A stretch of 64,000 nt of DNA from Candidatus Bathyarchaeota archaeon (lineage in GTDB: Archaea > Thermoproteota > Bathyarchaeia > Hecatellales > Hecatellaceae). The translations under genes and the position numbers were made by a program. The notes below the pieces were generated by a model. It saw only the letters and a list, made by a program, of their open reading frames with translations, did no database searches and had not been told where the DNA came from. This document shows, piece by piece, positions 41,191-50,757 of this stretch; position 1 is the stretch's first letter, and each line of letters begins with the position of its first letter. The stretch lies in NCBI GenBank assembly GCA_052246995.1, contig JBQPWD010000002.1, positions 160,001 through 224,000 on the forward strand, in the 5' to 3' direction.

Positions 41191-41412
41191 GTGTGTCTAG
41201 CTATTCCTGCAAAAGTTTTAAAGATTGAAGGTGACCATGCAGTAGTTGATTTTGGGAAAGATGTAACTAGGGAAGTTAACATATCGCTTGTTGACGTTAA
41301 AGTAGGCGATTACGTGATTGTTCATGCGGGATTTGCAATTCAAGTTGTAGATGAAGAAAGTGCTAAAGAAACTCTTAAGATTTGGGATGAAATATTAAAA
41401 GCTGAGGAGTAA
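41191..41412 (+). CDS. hypC: Hydrogenase maturation chaperone HypC
   Basis: MCLAIP, VGDYVIVHAGFAI. Confidence 0.97.
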   Translation: MCLAIPAKVLKIEGDHAVVDFGKDVTREVNISLVDVKVGDYVIVHAGFAIQVVDEESAKETLKIWDEILKAEE

Positions 41413-41447
41413 AGTTCAGCTTATGTTAGCTTCTACTCGTGGTTTAA

Positions 41448-42491
41448 ATGTTAAAGTTTGAAAGTTTTACAAGAGAAACAAAAATACTTAACCCTCTGAA
41501 AAATTTTGAGAAAGACTTAAAAATCATAGAATATCGAATAAATCCTTTAACAGGGAAAATAGGATGTCTTATACCAAGGGAATCAGAAAGACCAGTAGAA
41601 AAAATGATTTACGTGATGGATAAAGCTTCTCTTGAAAAGCTTGTAAAAGAATCCGAGGAGAGGTGCTTCTTCTGCCCTGGCAAAGTTGAGAGAGTTACAC
41701 CAAAATTTCCAGAGGAAGTTCTTCCAGAAGGGAGAATTGGTGTTGGAGAAGCCTACTTGTTTCCAAATATAGCTCCTCAGTGCGAACTTAGTTGTGTGAT
41801 TGTTTTAACAAAAAAACACTACTTAAACCTAGATGAATTCACACCAAACATTTTTGTTGATGGATTTCTGGCGATAAAAATGTTTACTGAAAAAGTTAAA
41901 AGCACATCACCAGCAAGGTTTATTACAGTTGGATTGCAATATTTGCCTTCAGCGGGTTCAAGTATTGTTCATCCGCATATGCAAGCTTTGTTAACAGAAA
42001 TTCCGTTTGTAAATTTGGATGAAATTTTAAATGCGAGCAAAAGGTACTATGAAAATTTCTCATTAAACTTTTGGGAAGAGATTATTACCATTGAGGAGGA
42101 AAAAAAGGAAAGATACGTTGGCGAAACTGGAAATGTAAAGTGGTTAACTCCTTTTACTCCAACTTCAAATTATGAAGTTTTAGGTATTGTGAAGGATAGG
42201 TCAAGTTTCGCCGAGCTTGATAAAGAGGATTTTAGGAACATAGCTGAGGGCGTATGCAAAGTTTTAAGGTTCTACAATGATAAAAACTTTTCAAGCTTCA
42301 CGCTTGTATTAAATTCAGGACCGCTTAACGAGAAGACCTCCTACTTCCGGGTAAATTTAAGTGTTGCAGCAAGACCAGGAATAAAAAGTTTTTATATAAA
42401 TGACTCTTGGTTTCTACCCTTCTTTGTTAAACAACCAGTTATAACGATTATACCGGAAGATTTGGCAAAAACGCTTAGAAAATATTTTTAA
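41448..42491 (+). CDS. GalT-like (HIT superfamily) nucleotidyltransferase
   Basis: RINPLTG, CFFCPG zinc motif, FPN, AGSSIVHPHMQ (HxHxQ). Confidence 0.85.
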   Translation: MLKFESFTRETKILNPLKNFEKDLKIIEYRINPLTGKIGCLIPRESERPVEKMIYVMDKASLEKLVKESEERCFFCPGKVERVTPKFPEEVLPEGRIGVGEAYLFPNIAPQCELSCVIVLTKKHYLNLDEFTPNIFVDGFLAIKMFTEKVKSTSPARFITVGLQYLPSAGSSIVHPHMQALLTEIPFVNLDEILNASKRYYENFSLNFWEEIITIEEEKKERYVGETGNVKWLTPFTPTSNYEVLGIVKDRSSFAELDKEDFRNIAEGVCKVLRFYNDKNFSSFTLVLNSGPLNEKTSYFRVNLSVAARPGIKSFYINDSWFLPFFVKQPVITIIPEDLAKTLRKYF

Positions 42492-42511
42492 CTTCCAAAG
42501 TTGGTGAAAGT

Positions 42512-43180
42512 TTGAATAACAATATATTAAGGATTGAGAAAGAGAAAGCTATAGACTTTGAATTTGATTTAATAAAAAAGAATAATCAGCTTGCTGAAGA
42601 AAATAGGAAAATTTTCATGGAGAATGGTGTTAAAGCTTTCGATATTATGGGTTCAGTTGGCTCAGGTAAAACTTCACTTATAGAATGTATTGTTAAAGTT
42701 TTAAACAAAAAGTATTCAATAGCGGTTATTAACGGAGATTTAGCAACCACAATAGATGCTGAAAGAGTCAGCAAATATGGGGTTAAGGTTATACAGATAA
42801 ATACTGGTAAAGAATGCCATTTAGATGCTTATATTGTAAGAAAGGCTGTAGAGAAAATAGACCTTAAAAGTATTGATATATTGTTTATTGAGAACGTTGG
42901 AAATCTTATCTGTCCTTCTGATTTTAAGCTTGGAGTTGAGAAAAGAGTTGTTGTTATAAGTGTAACGGAGGGAGGGTATGTTGTTGTTAAGCATCCATTA
43001 ACATTTCTTGAAGCTGACATTGTGGTAGTAAATAAAGTGGATTTAGCAGAAATTATGGGTGTAAATGTTAAAAAGGTCGTTAAAGATGCAAAATCTATAA
43101 ATCCCAACGTTAAAGTTATAGAAACAAGCTGTAAAACTGGCTTAGGCATAGATGAAGTTATTAAATGTTTAGGGCTTTAA
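42512..43180 (+). CDS. hypB: Nickel-insertion GTPase HypB
   Basis: GSGKT, ECHLDA, ENVGNLICP, NKVD. Confidence 0.96.
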   Translation: MNNNILRIEKEKAIDFEFDLIKKNNQLAEENRKIFMENGVKAFDIMGSVGSGKTSLIECIVKVLNKKYSIAVINGDLATTIDAERVSKYGVKVIQINTGKECHLDAYIVRKAVEKIDLKSIDILFIENVGNLICPSDFKLGVEKRVVVISVTEGGYVVVKHPLTFLEADIVVVNKVDLAEIMGVNVKKVVKDAKSINPNVKVIETSCKTGLGIDEVIKCLGL

Positions 43181-43193
43181 TGGAGTAATAGAG

Positions 43194-43565
43194 TTGCATG
43201 AATATTACGTAACAAAGCAAATAGTTGACATTTTGCTTGAAGAAGCAAAAAAACATAACGCAAAAAAAGTTTCAGAAGTTCACCTTGTCATAGGTAAGCT
43301 TTCATGTTTAGGAATTGAACAAATTAAGTTTTACTATGAAATGCTTACTGAGGGGACTATCATGGAAGGGTCAAAACTTCATATTGAGGAGGAAGAAGTG
43401 GAAGTTAAATGTGAAAGTTGCGGATATGATGGTGAGATTAAACGTGAAAAAATGAGCCTTTACCACTTTCTTTTACCAGTTCTTAGCTGTCCAAAATGTA
43501 GTAAAGAGGTGAAGGTTGTTAAAGGTAAAGAATGTAGCATCAAAAGCATGAAGGTGGTGATATAA
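43194..43565 (+). CDS. hypA: Nickel chaperone HypA
   Basis: MHE N-terminus, CESC...CPKC. Confidence 0.96.
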   Translation: MHEYYVTKQIVDILLEEAKKHNAKKVSEVHLVIGKLSCLGIEQIKFYYEMLTEGTIMEGSKLHIEEEEVEVKCESCGYDGEIKREKMSLYHFLLPVLSCPKCSKEVKVVKGKECSIKSMKVVI

Positions 43566-43576
43566 AAATAACTCTA

Positions 43577-44668
43577 TTGTCACAATATAGGAATAAAACA
43601 CTTGCAACAAACATCGTTAAAAAACTAAAAGAAATGAAACTTAACATTAGAATAATGCACGTGTGTGGAACCCACCAGGATACCATAGTTCGGTATGGCT
43701 TAGATAACCTTCTTAAAGATTGTGGAGTTGAAGTTAAACAAGGACCTGGATGCCCTGTTTGTGTTACAACGGAAAAAGAGTTTACTGAAGCTATAATATT
43801 AGCTAAAACTGGTAAAATTGTTACAACATTTGGAGATGTTGCAAAGGCTCCAACATCAAAAGGTTCACTTCTAGCTCAACGTGTCGAAGATTGTGATGTT
43901 AGAATTGTTTACAGTATTGAGGATGCTGTTAAAATAGCCTTAGAAAATAGGAAAAAAGATGTTATCTTTATGGCTGTAGGATTTGAAACAACTGCACCGT
44001 CAACAGCAGTAACAATACTTAAAGAACCCCCGGAAAACTTCTCAATTTTAAGTTGTCATAGACGTATTCCACCAGCCCTTCATGCTTTACTTGGCATGGG
44101 AGAAATTAAAATTGACGGTCTTATTGAGCCAGGACATGTAAGCACAATAATTGGTGTTAAACCTTATGAGGAAATTTCAAAAATTTATCATCTTCCTCAA
44201 GTTATCGCGGGCTTTGAACCTCTTGACATGCTTCTAGCGGTTTACATGATTGCAAAACAAATTAAAAACTTTGAATTTAAAGTTGAAAACGAATATATAA
44301 GGTCTGTTAAATATGAGGGAAACCTAAAAGCTTTAAAAATTATGGATGAAGTTTTTGAAGAAGTTGATGTTGCTTGGCGGGGTTTCCCCATCATAAAGGA
44401 ATCGGGTATGCATTTAAGAAAAAAATTTGAAAAATACGATGCAAGAAAAAAGTTTGAAGATGAGTTAAACATACTGGAAGAGGAAACATTTAAAGAAACT
44501 AAAGGTTGTAAATGTGGTGAAATCCTACGGGGAATAGCAAACCCTGAAGATTGTCAACTCTTTGGTAAAGTATGCACTCCTGAAAAGCCTGTTGGGCCTT
44601 GTATGGTTTCCATTGAAGGTTCATGCAACATTCAATTTAGATATGGAAAGAAAAAACTTTACTCCTAA
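43577..44668 (+). CDS. hypD: Hydrogenase maturation protein HypD
   Basis: CGTHQ, GPGCPVC, GFETT, PGHVS, GPCMVS.EGSC. Confidence 0.97.
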   Translation: MSQYRNKTLATNIVKKLKEMKLNIRIMHVCGTHQDTIVRYGLDNLLKDCGVEVKQGPGCPVCVTTEKEFTEAIILAKTGKIVTTFGDVAKAPTSKGSLLAQRVEDCDVRIVYSIEDAVKIALENRKKDVIFMAVGFETTAPSTAVTILKEPPENFSILSCHRRIPPALHALLGMGEIKIDGLIEPGHVSTIIGVKPYEEISKIYHLPQVIAGFEPLDMLLAVYMIAKQIKNFEFKVENEYIRSVKYEGNLKALKIMDEVFEEVDVAWRGFPIIKESGMHLRKKFEKYDARKKFEDELNILEEETFKETKGCKCGEILRGIANPEDCQLFGKVCTPEKPVGPCMVSIEGSCNIQFRYGKKKLYS

Positions 44669-44682
44669 CTCTGTTAAAGTTT

Positions 44683-45735
44683 TTAACAAATCCTTGGAAC
44701 CGGATCTCCTACTGGTGGAGGAATTATCCTTTTTCCACCAACAACTGTTTCAAGTACAACCCCGTCAATGTCTTTTCTAGCTTCACCAATAATTTGAGCA
44801 TCTTTTCCCTCTCTTGTTTTTCTTAAAACTTCTAAGACTTCTTCAGCTTTTTCTTTTACAACTCCTATAATAATTTTTCCCTCATTTCCAACCTCTAACG
44901 GATCTATACCAAGCATTTCGCATGCTGAACGTACATCTTCACGTATAGGTATCTGGTCTTCATATACAAGAATTCCAACCTTAGATTTTTCACTCCACTC
45001 ATTTAACGCGTTTGCAAGACCTCCTCTTGTTACATCTTTCATGCTTACAATACCACCAACTCCCAAAATTTTTATTATAACCTTATTTAATGGGGCGACG
45101 TCAGAAACAATTTTGTTGCTAAAGCTATAACCCTCTCTAAAAGATAGAATGGCTAAACCATGGTCACCAATAGTTCCACTAACAATTATTTTGTCACCAT
45201 CATGTAAATTTGAGTCTAAAAGCCAACGTGAGTTTATTTTACGATACTTCTTAACCTCCTCAAAATTTTTATCTAACAAGGGTGTTCTTTTTCCAATGCC
45301 GGAAGTGTTTATAACAAACTTATCTAGGGAACCTTTCTCCAAAACTTTTGTATCTCCGGTAACAACATAAACACCAGCTTCTTTGCATGTCTCCCTCATA
45401 CTTTCAAGAATTCTCTTAAAATCCTGTAACGAAAAACCTTCCTCTAAAATAAATCCTGTAGCTAAAGCTATAGGCTCAGCGCCCATAACTGCGATATCAT
45501 TAACAGTTCCACTGATAGCTAATCTTCCAATATCTCCTCCAGGAAAGAATAAGGGTTTAACTGTATAAGAGTCGCTTTTTAACACTATTCCATCAACAAC
45601 AGCACAATCATCCAAGGCTTCTAAGGGAACCTCAAAGCTACTTCCACCAAGAATCTTTACAATATATTCCTTAACAAGTTTCTGCATGAGACTTCCGCCA
45701 GCACCGTGAGCAAGAGTAATTTTACCCATATCCAA
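44683..45735 (-). CDS. hypE: Carbamoyl dehydratase HypE
   Basis: HGAGG, FFPGGDIG, GTVND, GDTKV, TRGG, NEG, C-terminal PRIC. Confidence 0.97.
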   Translation of the reverse strand: MDMGKITLAHGAGGSLMQKLVKEYIVKILGGSSFEVPLEALDDCAVVDGIVLKSDSYTVKPLFFPGGDIGRLAISGTVNDIAVMGAEPIALATGFILEEGFSLQDFKRILESMRETCKEAGVYVVTGDTKVLEKGSLDKFVINTSGIGKRTPLLDKNFEEVKKYRKINSRWLLDSNLHDGDKIIVSGTIGDHGLAILSFREGYSFSNKIVSDVAPLNKVIIKILGVGGIVSMKDVTRGGLANALNEWSEKSKVGILVYEDQIPIREDVRSACEMLGIDPLEVGNEGKIIIGVVKEKAEEVLEVLRKTREGKDAQIIGEARKDIDGVVLETVVGGKRIIPPPVGDPVPRIC

Positions 45736-45812
45736 CCCTAACTATTAATATGAAAGGCTGTTACTTAGGGTTTATTAGGATATTAGGTATAATTAGCTAG
45801 AGGGAGGAACTG

Positions 45813-47195
45813 TTGGACATTCATCTTAAAGTTGAGGATAGAGTTAAAATTCTAAAAGAAGTGGAAGAATATAAGCGCATGTATGAGAAGGAGCTTTCGC
45901 CTCTTGATGAAATTAAGCTAAAAGACCCTATTACGTTTATTTCTGTTGGAGGGGGAGAACTTGGAGACCTTGTTTTAACTGCAGCAAGAAGATGCTTAGG
46001 CGGGGTTGGTGGAGGAATAAAAACGGTAGTTTTTGATAGGTATAAAGGTTTTCCAGCTCAAGACATGGCAGACTACTATGAATGTTTTGATATGCTTAAT
46101 GGCGACCTTCTTGAGAAGAACATAAAAAAGTATATTCCAAACCCAAAACATCCTCACGCGGTATATTTAGAAATTGAAAGGGTAGACACTTTCAGGGTTT
46201 ACAAGCTTGGTGTTGAAAGAGGCTACAAAGTTATGTCAACCCCCTACGGACCTTTAGTCTGTATGGACAGACACCTCACAAAGCTTATGTTTGACAGGTT
46301 AAAGGTTCCAAGAGTTGATTGGGGTTACGCGGAATCTGAAGAAGAAGTTAAAAAAGTTGCAAAAGATTTTGGGTTTCCTGTTATAGTAAAACCTGTCATG
46401 ACTTCAAGTGGACATGGAACAACAATAGTAAAAAACATGGATGACTTAGAAAAAGCCTACACCTACGCTAGGGAACATGCTAGAGGTTTTGGTGAACAAG
46501 TAACTATTGAAAGGTTCTTAGATGACTTGAAAGAAAGAGGAACAGAAATTACGCAGCTTGCGGTCAGGCATTTTGATGAAAACGGTAAAATTGTTACAAG
46601 TTTACTACCACCAGTTGAACATAGAAGACCTGGAGCAACCTACCATGAAAGCTGGCTTCCGGCAACAATTTCTGATGATGTTAAAAGGAAGTGTGGAGAA
46701 TACGCTAAGATTATTGCCGAGTTTATTGGAGGTTTAGGTGTTTTTGCTGTTGAACAGTTTGTTGTAGATGAAAGGGTTTACAACAATGAGGTTGCAAATA
46801 GGCCTCATGATACTGGAATGATTACACGTTGGATGCTAAACATGGATGAAGGTGCTCTTCACCTATATTCAACTCTTGGTTTAAAGATTAATCTTGAAGA
46901 CTTAGATTTTTGTAGAAAAGACGTTTACGGAGTTGCACATGTAATTCTAGCACCAGATTTTAATGAAAAAGGTGAGGTTGAAGTTAAAGGTTGGAGTTTA
47001 AACAGTGTTAAAGATTTTATGAAGCGTAAGGGTTACCATGGAGATTTATGGTATTTTGGTAAACCTAAAGCGTATTCTCATAGAAGAATGGGTTTAGCGG
47101 TAGGTTTTCATCAAAATCTTGAAAAAGCAAGAATGGTAGCCGAAGATGTAGCGCATTATGCGGAGAAAAACATTTTTTACAACATGATTAAATAA
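45813..47195 (+). CDS. purT: Formate-dependent phosphoribosylglycinamide formyltransferase (divergent)
   Basis: GGGELG, DRY, KPVMTSSGHG, YHESW, RPHDTG, FGKP..RRMG. Confidence 0.85.
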   Translation: MDIHLKVEDRVKILKEVEEYKRMYEKELSPLDEIKLKDPITFISVGGGELGDLVLTAARRCLGGVGGGIKTVVFDRYKGFPAQDMADYYECFDMLNGDLLEKNIKKYIPNPKHPHAVYLEIERVDTFRVYKLGVERGYKVMSTPYGPLVCMDRHLTKLMFDRLKVPRVDWGYAESEEEVKKVAKDFGFPVIVKPVMTSSGHGTTIVKNMDDLEKAYTYAREHARGFGEQVTIERFLDDLKERGTEITQLAVRHFDENGKIVTSLLPPVEHRRPGATYHESWLPATISDDVKRKCGEYAKIIAEFIGGLGVFAVEQFVVDERVYNNEVANRPHDTGMITRWMLNMDEGALHLYSTLGLKINLEDLDFCRKDVYGVAHVILAPDFNEKGEVEVKGWSLNSVKDFMKRKGYHGDLWYFGKPKAYSHRRMGLAVGFHQNLEKARMVAEDVAHYAEKNIFYNMIK

Positions 47196-47240
47196 CCTTG
47201 AACTTGTTACCGCCTAAATCTAAGTTAGGCTTGACCTCTA

Positions 47241-47528
47241 TTGGAGAGTTATATTATAAGAATTGTTATAATGAATATGAAAACTGGTACAACGTTAGCT
47301 TACGATATCCAAGTTTCTCAAACTAGTGAAGGTTACTATGAGGCTAAACTACCACACCACCTTTACCATAGGATTAAAGTTCATTTTGGCAAAGGTCCTT
47401 TTACAACAGAGTTTACAGTAATACATGGACATTTTCTACTTCACGGGTATGTAAAAACAGATAGACGTATACAAATACCAGTAATATTTGAAGAAGAGAT
47501 GGAAACCCCTAAAACAAAAAGTTCATAA
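47241..47528 (+). CDS. Hypothetical protein (95 aa, His-rich core)
   Basis: Non-overlapping ORF with protein-like composition. Confidence 0.7.
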   Translation: MESYIIRIVIMNMKTGTTLAYDIQVSQTSEGYYEAKLPHHLYHRIKVHFGKGPFTTEFTVIHGHFLLHGYVKTDRRIQIPVIFEEEMETPKTKSS

Positions 47529-47550
47529 GATATGCTGTTAAAATAAGCTT

Positions 47551-47632
47551 TGGTTTTGATGATGAGTTTGCCGAGTTCAGAATGCAAAATGAAGTAAACA
47601 GCAAATTAAAAGGGGTCCTCTCTGAAAAACCA
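47551..47632 (+). ncRNA. C/D-box methylation-guide sRNA
   Basis: TGGTTTT-G-ATGATGA(C)-GTTTGCCGAGTT-CAGA(D')...AGGGGTCCTCT-CTGA(D)-AAAACCA, with a 7-bp terminal stem. The D' guide is antisense to 23S rRNA AACUCGGCAAA. Confidence 0.8.
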
Positions 47633-47958
47633 TTTAAAAATTAGGTATACTTCAAAAAATTAAATGAGTAAATACGCATAGCTACAAGCCGTTTTTACAT
47701 CAACTTATATGGCAATATTCTTCTCCATGTTTATAGAAATCACGTAAACTGTACAACCCATAAGCTTAACCCTCGCATTAGCCGTGACAGCCACTATTTA
47801 AAAAGTCTTACAAATATGTAACAGGACAGAAAATGGAATAGTATTGTTATCCACTAAAGAAAATACCTTGCAATTTGCCTATCACAATCGTAAACGTCAA
47901 CCTTCAAGATGAATCAAAATATAGATAACACAGTTACGGATTTAAACAATTTGTTTGA

Positions 47959-48062
47959 CGCCGGAGGTGGGATTTGAACCCACGGGGGCCTTGAAGGCCC
48001 ACGGGCTCACGGGTTTTAAACTAACTCCAGGCCCGCGCCCTTCCTGGCTAGGCGACTCCGGC
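47959..48062 (-). tRNA. tRNA-Ser(GGA) with a 17-nt intron at 37/38 (48008-48024); CCA not encoded
   Basis: Acceptor GCCGGAG/CTCCGGC plus discriminator G, anticodon stem CGGGC/GCCCG, loop CTGGAG^A, long variable arm, T arm GTGGG-TTCAAAT-CCCAC. Confidence 0.93.
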
Positions 48063-48353
48063 TCCGATATGTCTAAGCTTAAACATATTTTTATTAGCCT
48101 GTCTAAATTTGGATGTAGGTGTGTGCAGATATAAGTTTATCTTTGGAGTTGTTGAGCTACTTGATGGTTCTTTTTTAGAAATGTTTAAGCTGCCGCCACG
48201 TTACTGGCTGGTGTTTGCGGGATTTGTGAAAAATTGCTTCTAAGGTTTTCGGGGTTTAAACTTAATTCTACCTATCAGTTTACCAGTTTTAACTGGTATT
48301 GATTTTAAGTAAGGATTCATCTATCTTAATATCATTAAAAAGGTGAGAAGGAT

Positions 48354-48542
48354 TTGAAATTGAGAAGTGAATACTTTATCTTAGGCTTCACGTTTCTTTT
48401 AATCGGAGAAATAGTTGCAGTCATAGGATACCTAAAAATCAGGGAATATGAAAACGTATTGGCTTTTTTCATGTTCTCAACCAGCATAATTCTTTCAATA
48501 GTAGGATTAATCCTCATCAGGTATGGACTCAAGTGGAAATAA
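48354..48542 (+). CDS. Small two-TM membrane protein
   Basis: Two hydrophobic segments; AGGTGA upstream of the TTG start. Confidence 0.6.
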   Translation: MKLRSEYFILGFTFLLIGEIVAVIGYLKIREYENVLAFFMFSTSIILSIVGLILIRYGLKWK

Positions 48543-48625
48543 TAGGTTAAACAGATTGTTGTTGAAAAAACATGATAAAAAATGATAAGGTTTCGAGGTT
48601 TAGGAGTATAATCTTAAATTATATG

Positions 48626-48655
48626 TTTTTTAACTTTTTCTTCCAAGTTAAAAAA
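48626..48655. terminator. AT-rich 11-bp hairpin between convergent genes, possible terminator
   Basis: TTTTTTAACTT-N8-AAGTTAAAAAA. Confidence 0.3.
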
Positions 48656-48818
48656 GACCGACAGGTAGAGATGCTAGAATAAGAAACAGTACGACTTTTT
48701 ATGGTATAAAGCTACGTGTACTTAACGTTGAAAAGATTTTACATTTAAAGATGCTTAAAATTTTTCTAATCAAGTAAAAAAAAGGTTTTCTAAAAGTTTT
48801 GGGAGAAGAGATACTTAC

Positions 48819-49829
48819 TTACCATGTTTTTGGATATGTTTGTGGCGGCATTATCACCCTTTCCGTTTTTATTGCTAACCCATAATCTTTTTCCAATATC
48901 TCCCCTGTTGTCATTTTAGCTTTTCCTAATGCTACTAACTCTCCCTTTAAGGTTAGAATTGCAACAAGCTCGCCCTGTTTAATGTTTGAACTAAGCTTAA
49001 CTATTCCAGGAATGGCTACATGTGCTCCATGACATATGGCATCTACAGCCGAATCTTTAACATAAACTTTTGGTATAAGTTCAATGGATGTTTCAACGGG
49101 AAGTATAAGTCTTCTTAAGGATTCTTCACCTCCACTTTCTTTCCAGGTTGCATAGGCATCAGCCAAATCTTGAAGTTTAACGATGTTTCCATCTTCAGTG
49201 TAAGGTCCTGCACGAATTCTTCTAAGCTCGGCCATATGAGCACCACAACCTAAAACCTCGCCAATATCATGAACTATCTTTCTAATGTACGTTCCAGATT
49301 GACACCCAAACTTAAAGAGAACATTCCTACCTTCAACCTCAAGAACCTTACTGTAGTATACACTTCTTTTTCTAAGTCTACGTTTAACCGAAGCTCTCAC
49401 CGGAGGTCTTTGGTAGATTTCACCAACAAACTCATTAAAAACCTCAACAATTCTTTCACAATTAACGTCTCCATGAAGCTTCATAACACCAACGTATTCC
49501 TTTCCGCCAGCTAAAACAACCTGCAAAGTCTTAGTTGCATCTTCAAGCGCTATAGGTAAGACACCGGTCACGGCGGGATTTCCCTAACTCCTCAAAGTTT
49601 CAAGAGTCCCGCCGTGACCAGCATGGGAAGCATTTAAAATCCTTTTAACCCACGCTGTAACCTCATGACTCGATGGACCGCTAGGTTTATCAAGGTTTAT
49701 AAATCCATACCGCATATGCTGCTGTATAGAGCGTTGATTAGGAGGACATCCGTATTTTGGGTTTGTTTCAGCTTCCTCCCTTACAATAATTTCTCTTTTA
49801 ATATTCCATGGAGGAATTATGTTCTTCAA
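48819..49829 (-). CDS. cbf5: H/ACA RNA-guided pseudouridine synthase Cbf5, spliced: exon 1 49829-49601, exon 2 49579-48819 (329 aa)
   Basis: The two track ORFs are in the same frame. They give DKPSGPSSH, GHGGTL^DPAVTGVLP after intron removal, GTYIR, ELRR and a C-terminal PUA domain. Confidence 0.95.
49580..49600 (-). other. 21-nt bulge-helix-bulge mRNA intron in cbf5
   Basis: Minus strand GGTCACGGCGGGA-CTCT-TG^A-AACTT-TGAG-GAGTT-AGGG-AA^A-TCCCGCCGTGACC; contains an in-frame TAG. Confidence 0.93.
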
Positions 49830-49833
49830 AACT

Positions 49834-50160
49834 TTAACCCTTACCTCCAGGTTCCACTATTTTTTCTTTTTCCTCCTTAACATCTTCAACAATCTTTGGA
49901 TATTCTTCGGGAAAGGCTTTTCTTAATGCTTTAGCAACTTCTTTATCATCAGCACCCCTTTTAATGTTAATTTTCAAATCTAACGGTTCTAGATGGTCAA
50001 CGTTTACCCTCCTTCTTTTAACTCCTGTCAACTCCTTTGGTCCTGTTATTAAAACAAAATTTTTGTCTACAATATCAACCACAACACACTTTTTTCCTGC
50101 TTCTCTTCCAACCTTCTTAACACAAACTCTACCTACATCAAAAAGTTGAGTTGCTGACAT
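49834..50160 (-). CDS. rpl14e: 50S ribosomal protein L14e
   Basis: [35 protein letters not shown]. Confidence 0.96.
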   Translation of the reverse strand: MSATQLFDVGRVCVKKVGREAGKKCVVVDIVDKNFVLITGPKELTGVKRRRVNVDHLEPLDLKINIKRGADDKEVAKALRKAFPEEYPKIVEDVKEEKEKIVEPGGKG

Positions 50161-50731
50161 CCACATCACCTCTAAATTTTACCCTAATATACTCTTTTAG
50201 AGCACCTGTAAGAACTTTTATACTTGATTCAAATGGAAGAGGTCCGGTATTTAAAGCTAAGTCATATATCGTAAGGTCTTCTAAATCTATTCCATAGTAT
50301 CTTTTAAAACGTTCTTTTTCAGCTTTTTCCCTTTCTAAAGTTACTTTTTTAGCCTCCTCATAAGACATGTTATCTCTTTGAGCAATACGCCTAAACCTAA
50401 CATCATCCGAAGCATAAAGATAAATTTTTACATCCGCCAATTCTCCAACCATCCATGCTGAAAGTAAACCATCAATTACAACCGAACCTTTCCGAGATTC
50501 CTCCTTAACTCGTGAATCAATTATTGTATCAATTTCCACAGTTTTTCCAGCCATAGATGTAAGGTCTAGAAGACTTAAACCTTTTTCCTCAGCAATTTTA
50601 CGAAACATCTCACCAGCAGAGAGATGTTTTAAATTAAAAATTTTTGCTAAGGCTTTGGCATAAGTTGATTTTCCAGTACCATGAAGACCTCCAACTGTTA
50701 TAACAAGGCCTTCACGCTTCTCAATTACCAT
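50138..50731 (-). CDS. cmk: Cytidylate kinase (archaeal)
   Basis: [28 protein letters not shown]. Confidence 0.92.
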   Translation of the reverse strand: MVIEKREGLVITVGGLHGTGKSTYAKALAKIFNLKHLSAGEMFRKIAEEKGLSLLDLTSMAGKTVEIDTIIDSRVKEESRKGSVVIDGLLSAWMVGELADVKIYLYASDDVRFRRIAQRDNMSYEEAKKVTLEREKAEKERFKRYYGIDLEDLTIYDLALNTGPLPFESSIKVLTGALKEYIRVKFRGDVDVSNSTF

Positions 50732-50757
50732 ATTTCCACCTTAAAATAGGATGGAAC

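Noticed and set aside
49584-49586. In-frame TAG in cbf5 as pyrrolysine readthrough or a pseudogene lesion
   Set aside because: Readthrough gives TLETLRSXGNP with no catalytic Asp; BHB splicing restores TLDP exactly.
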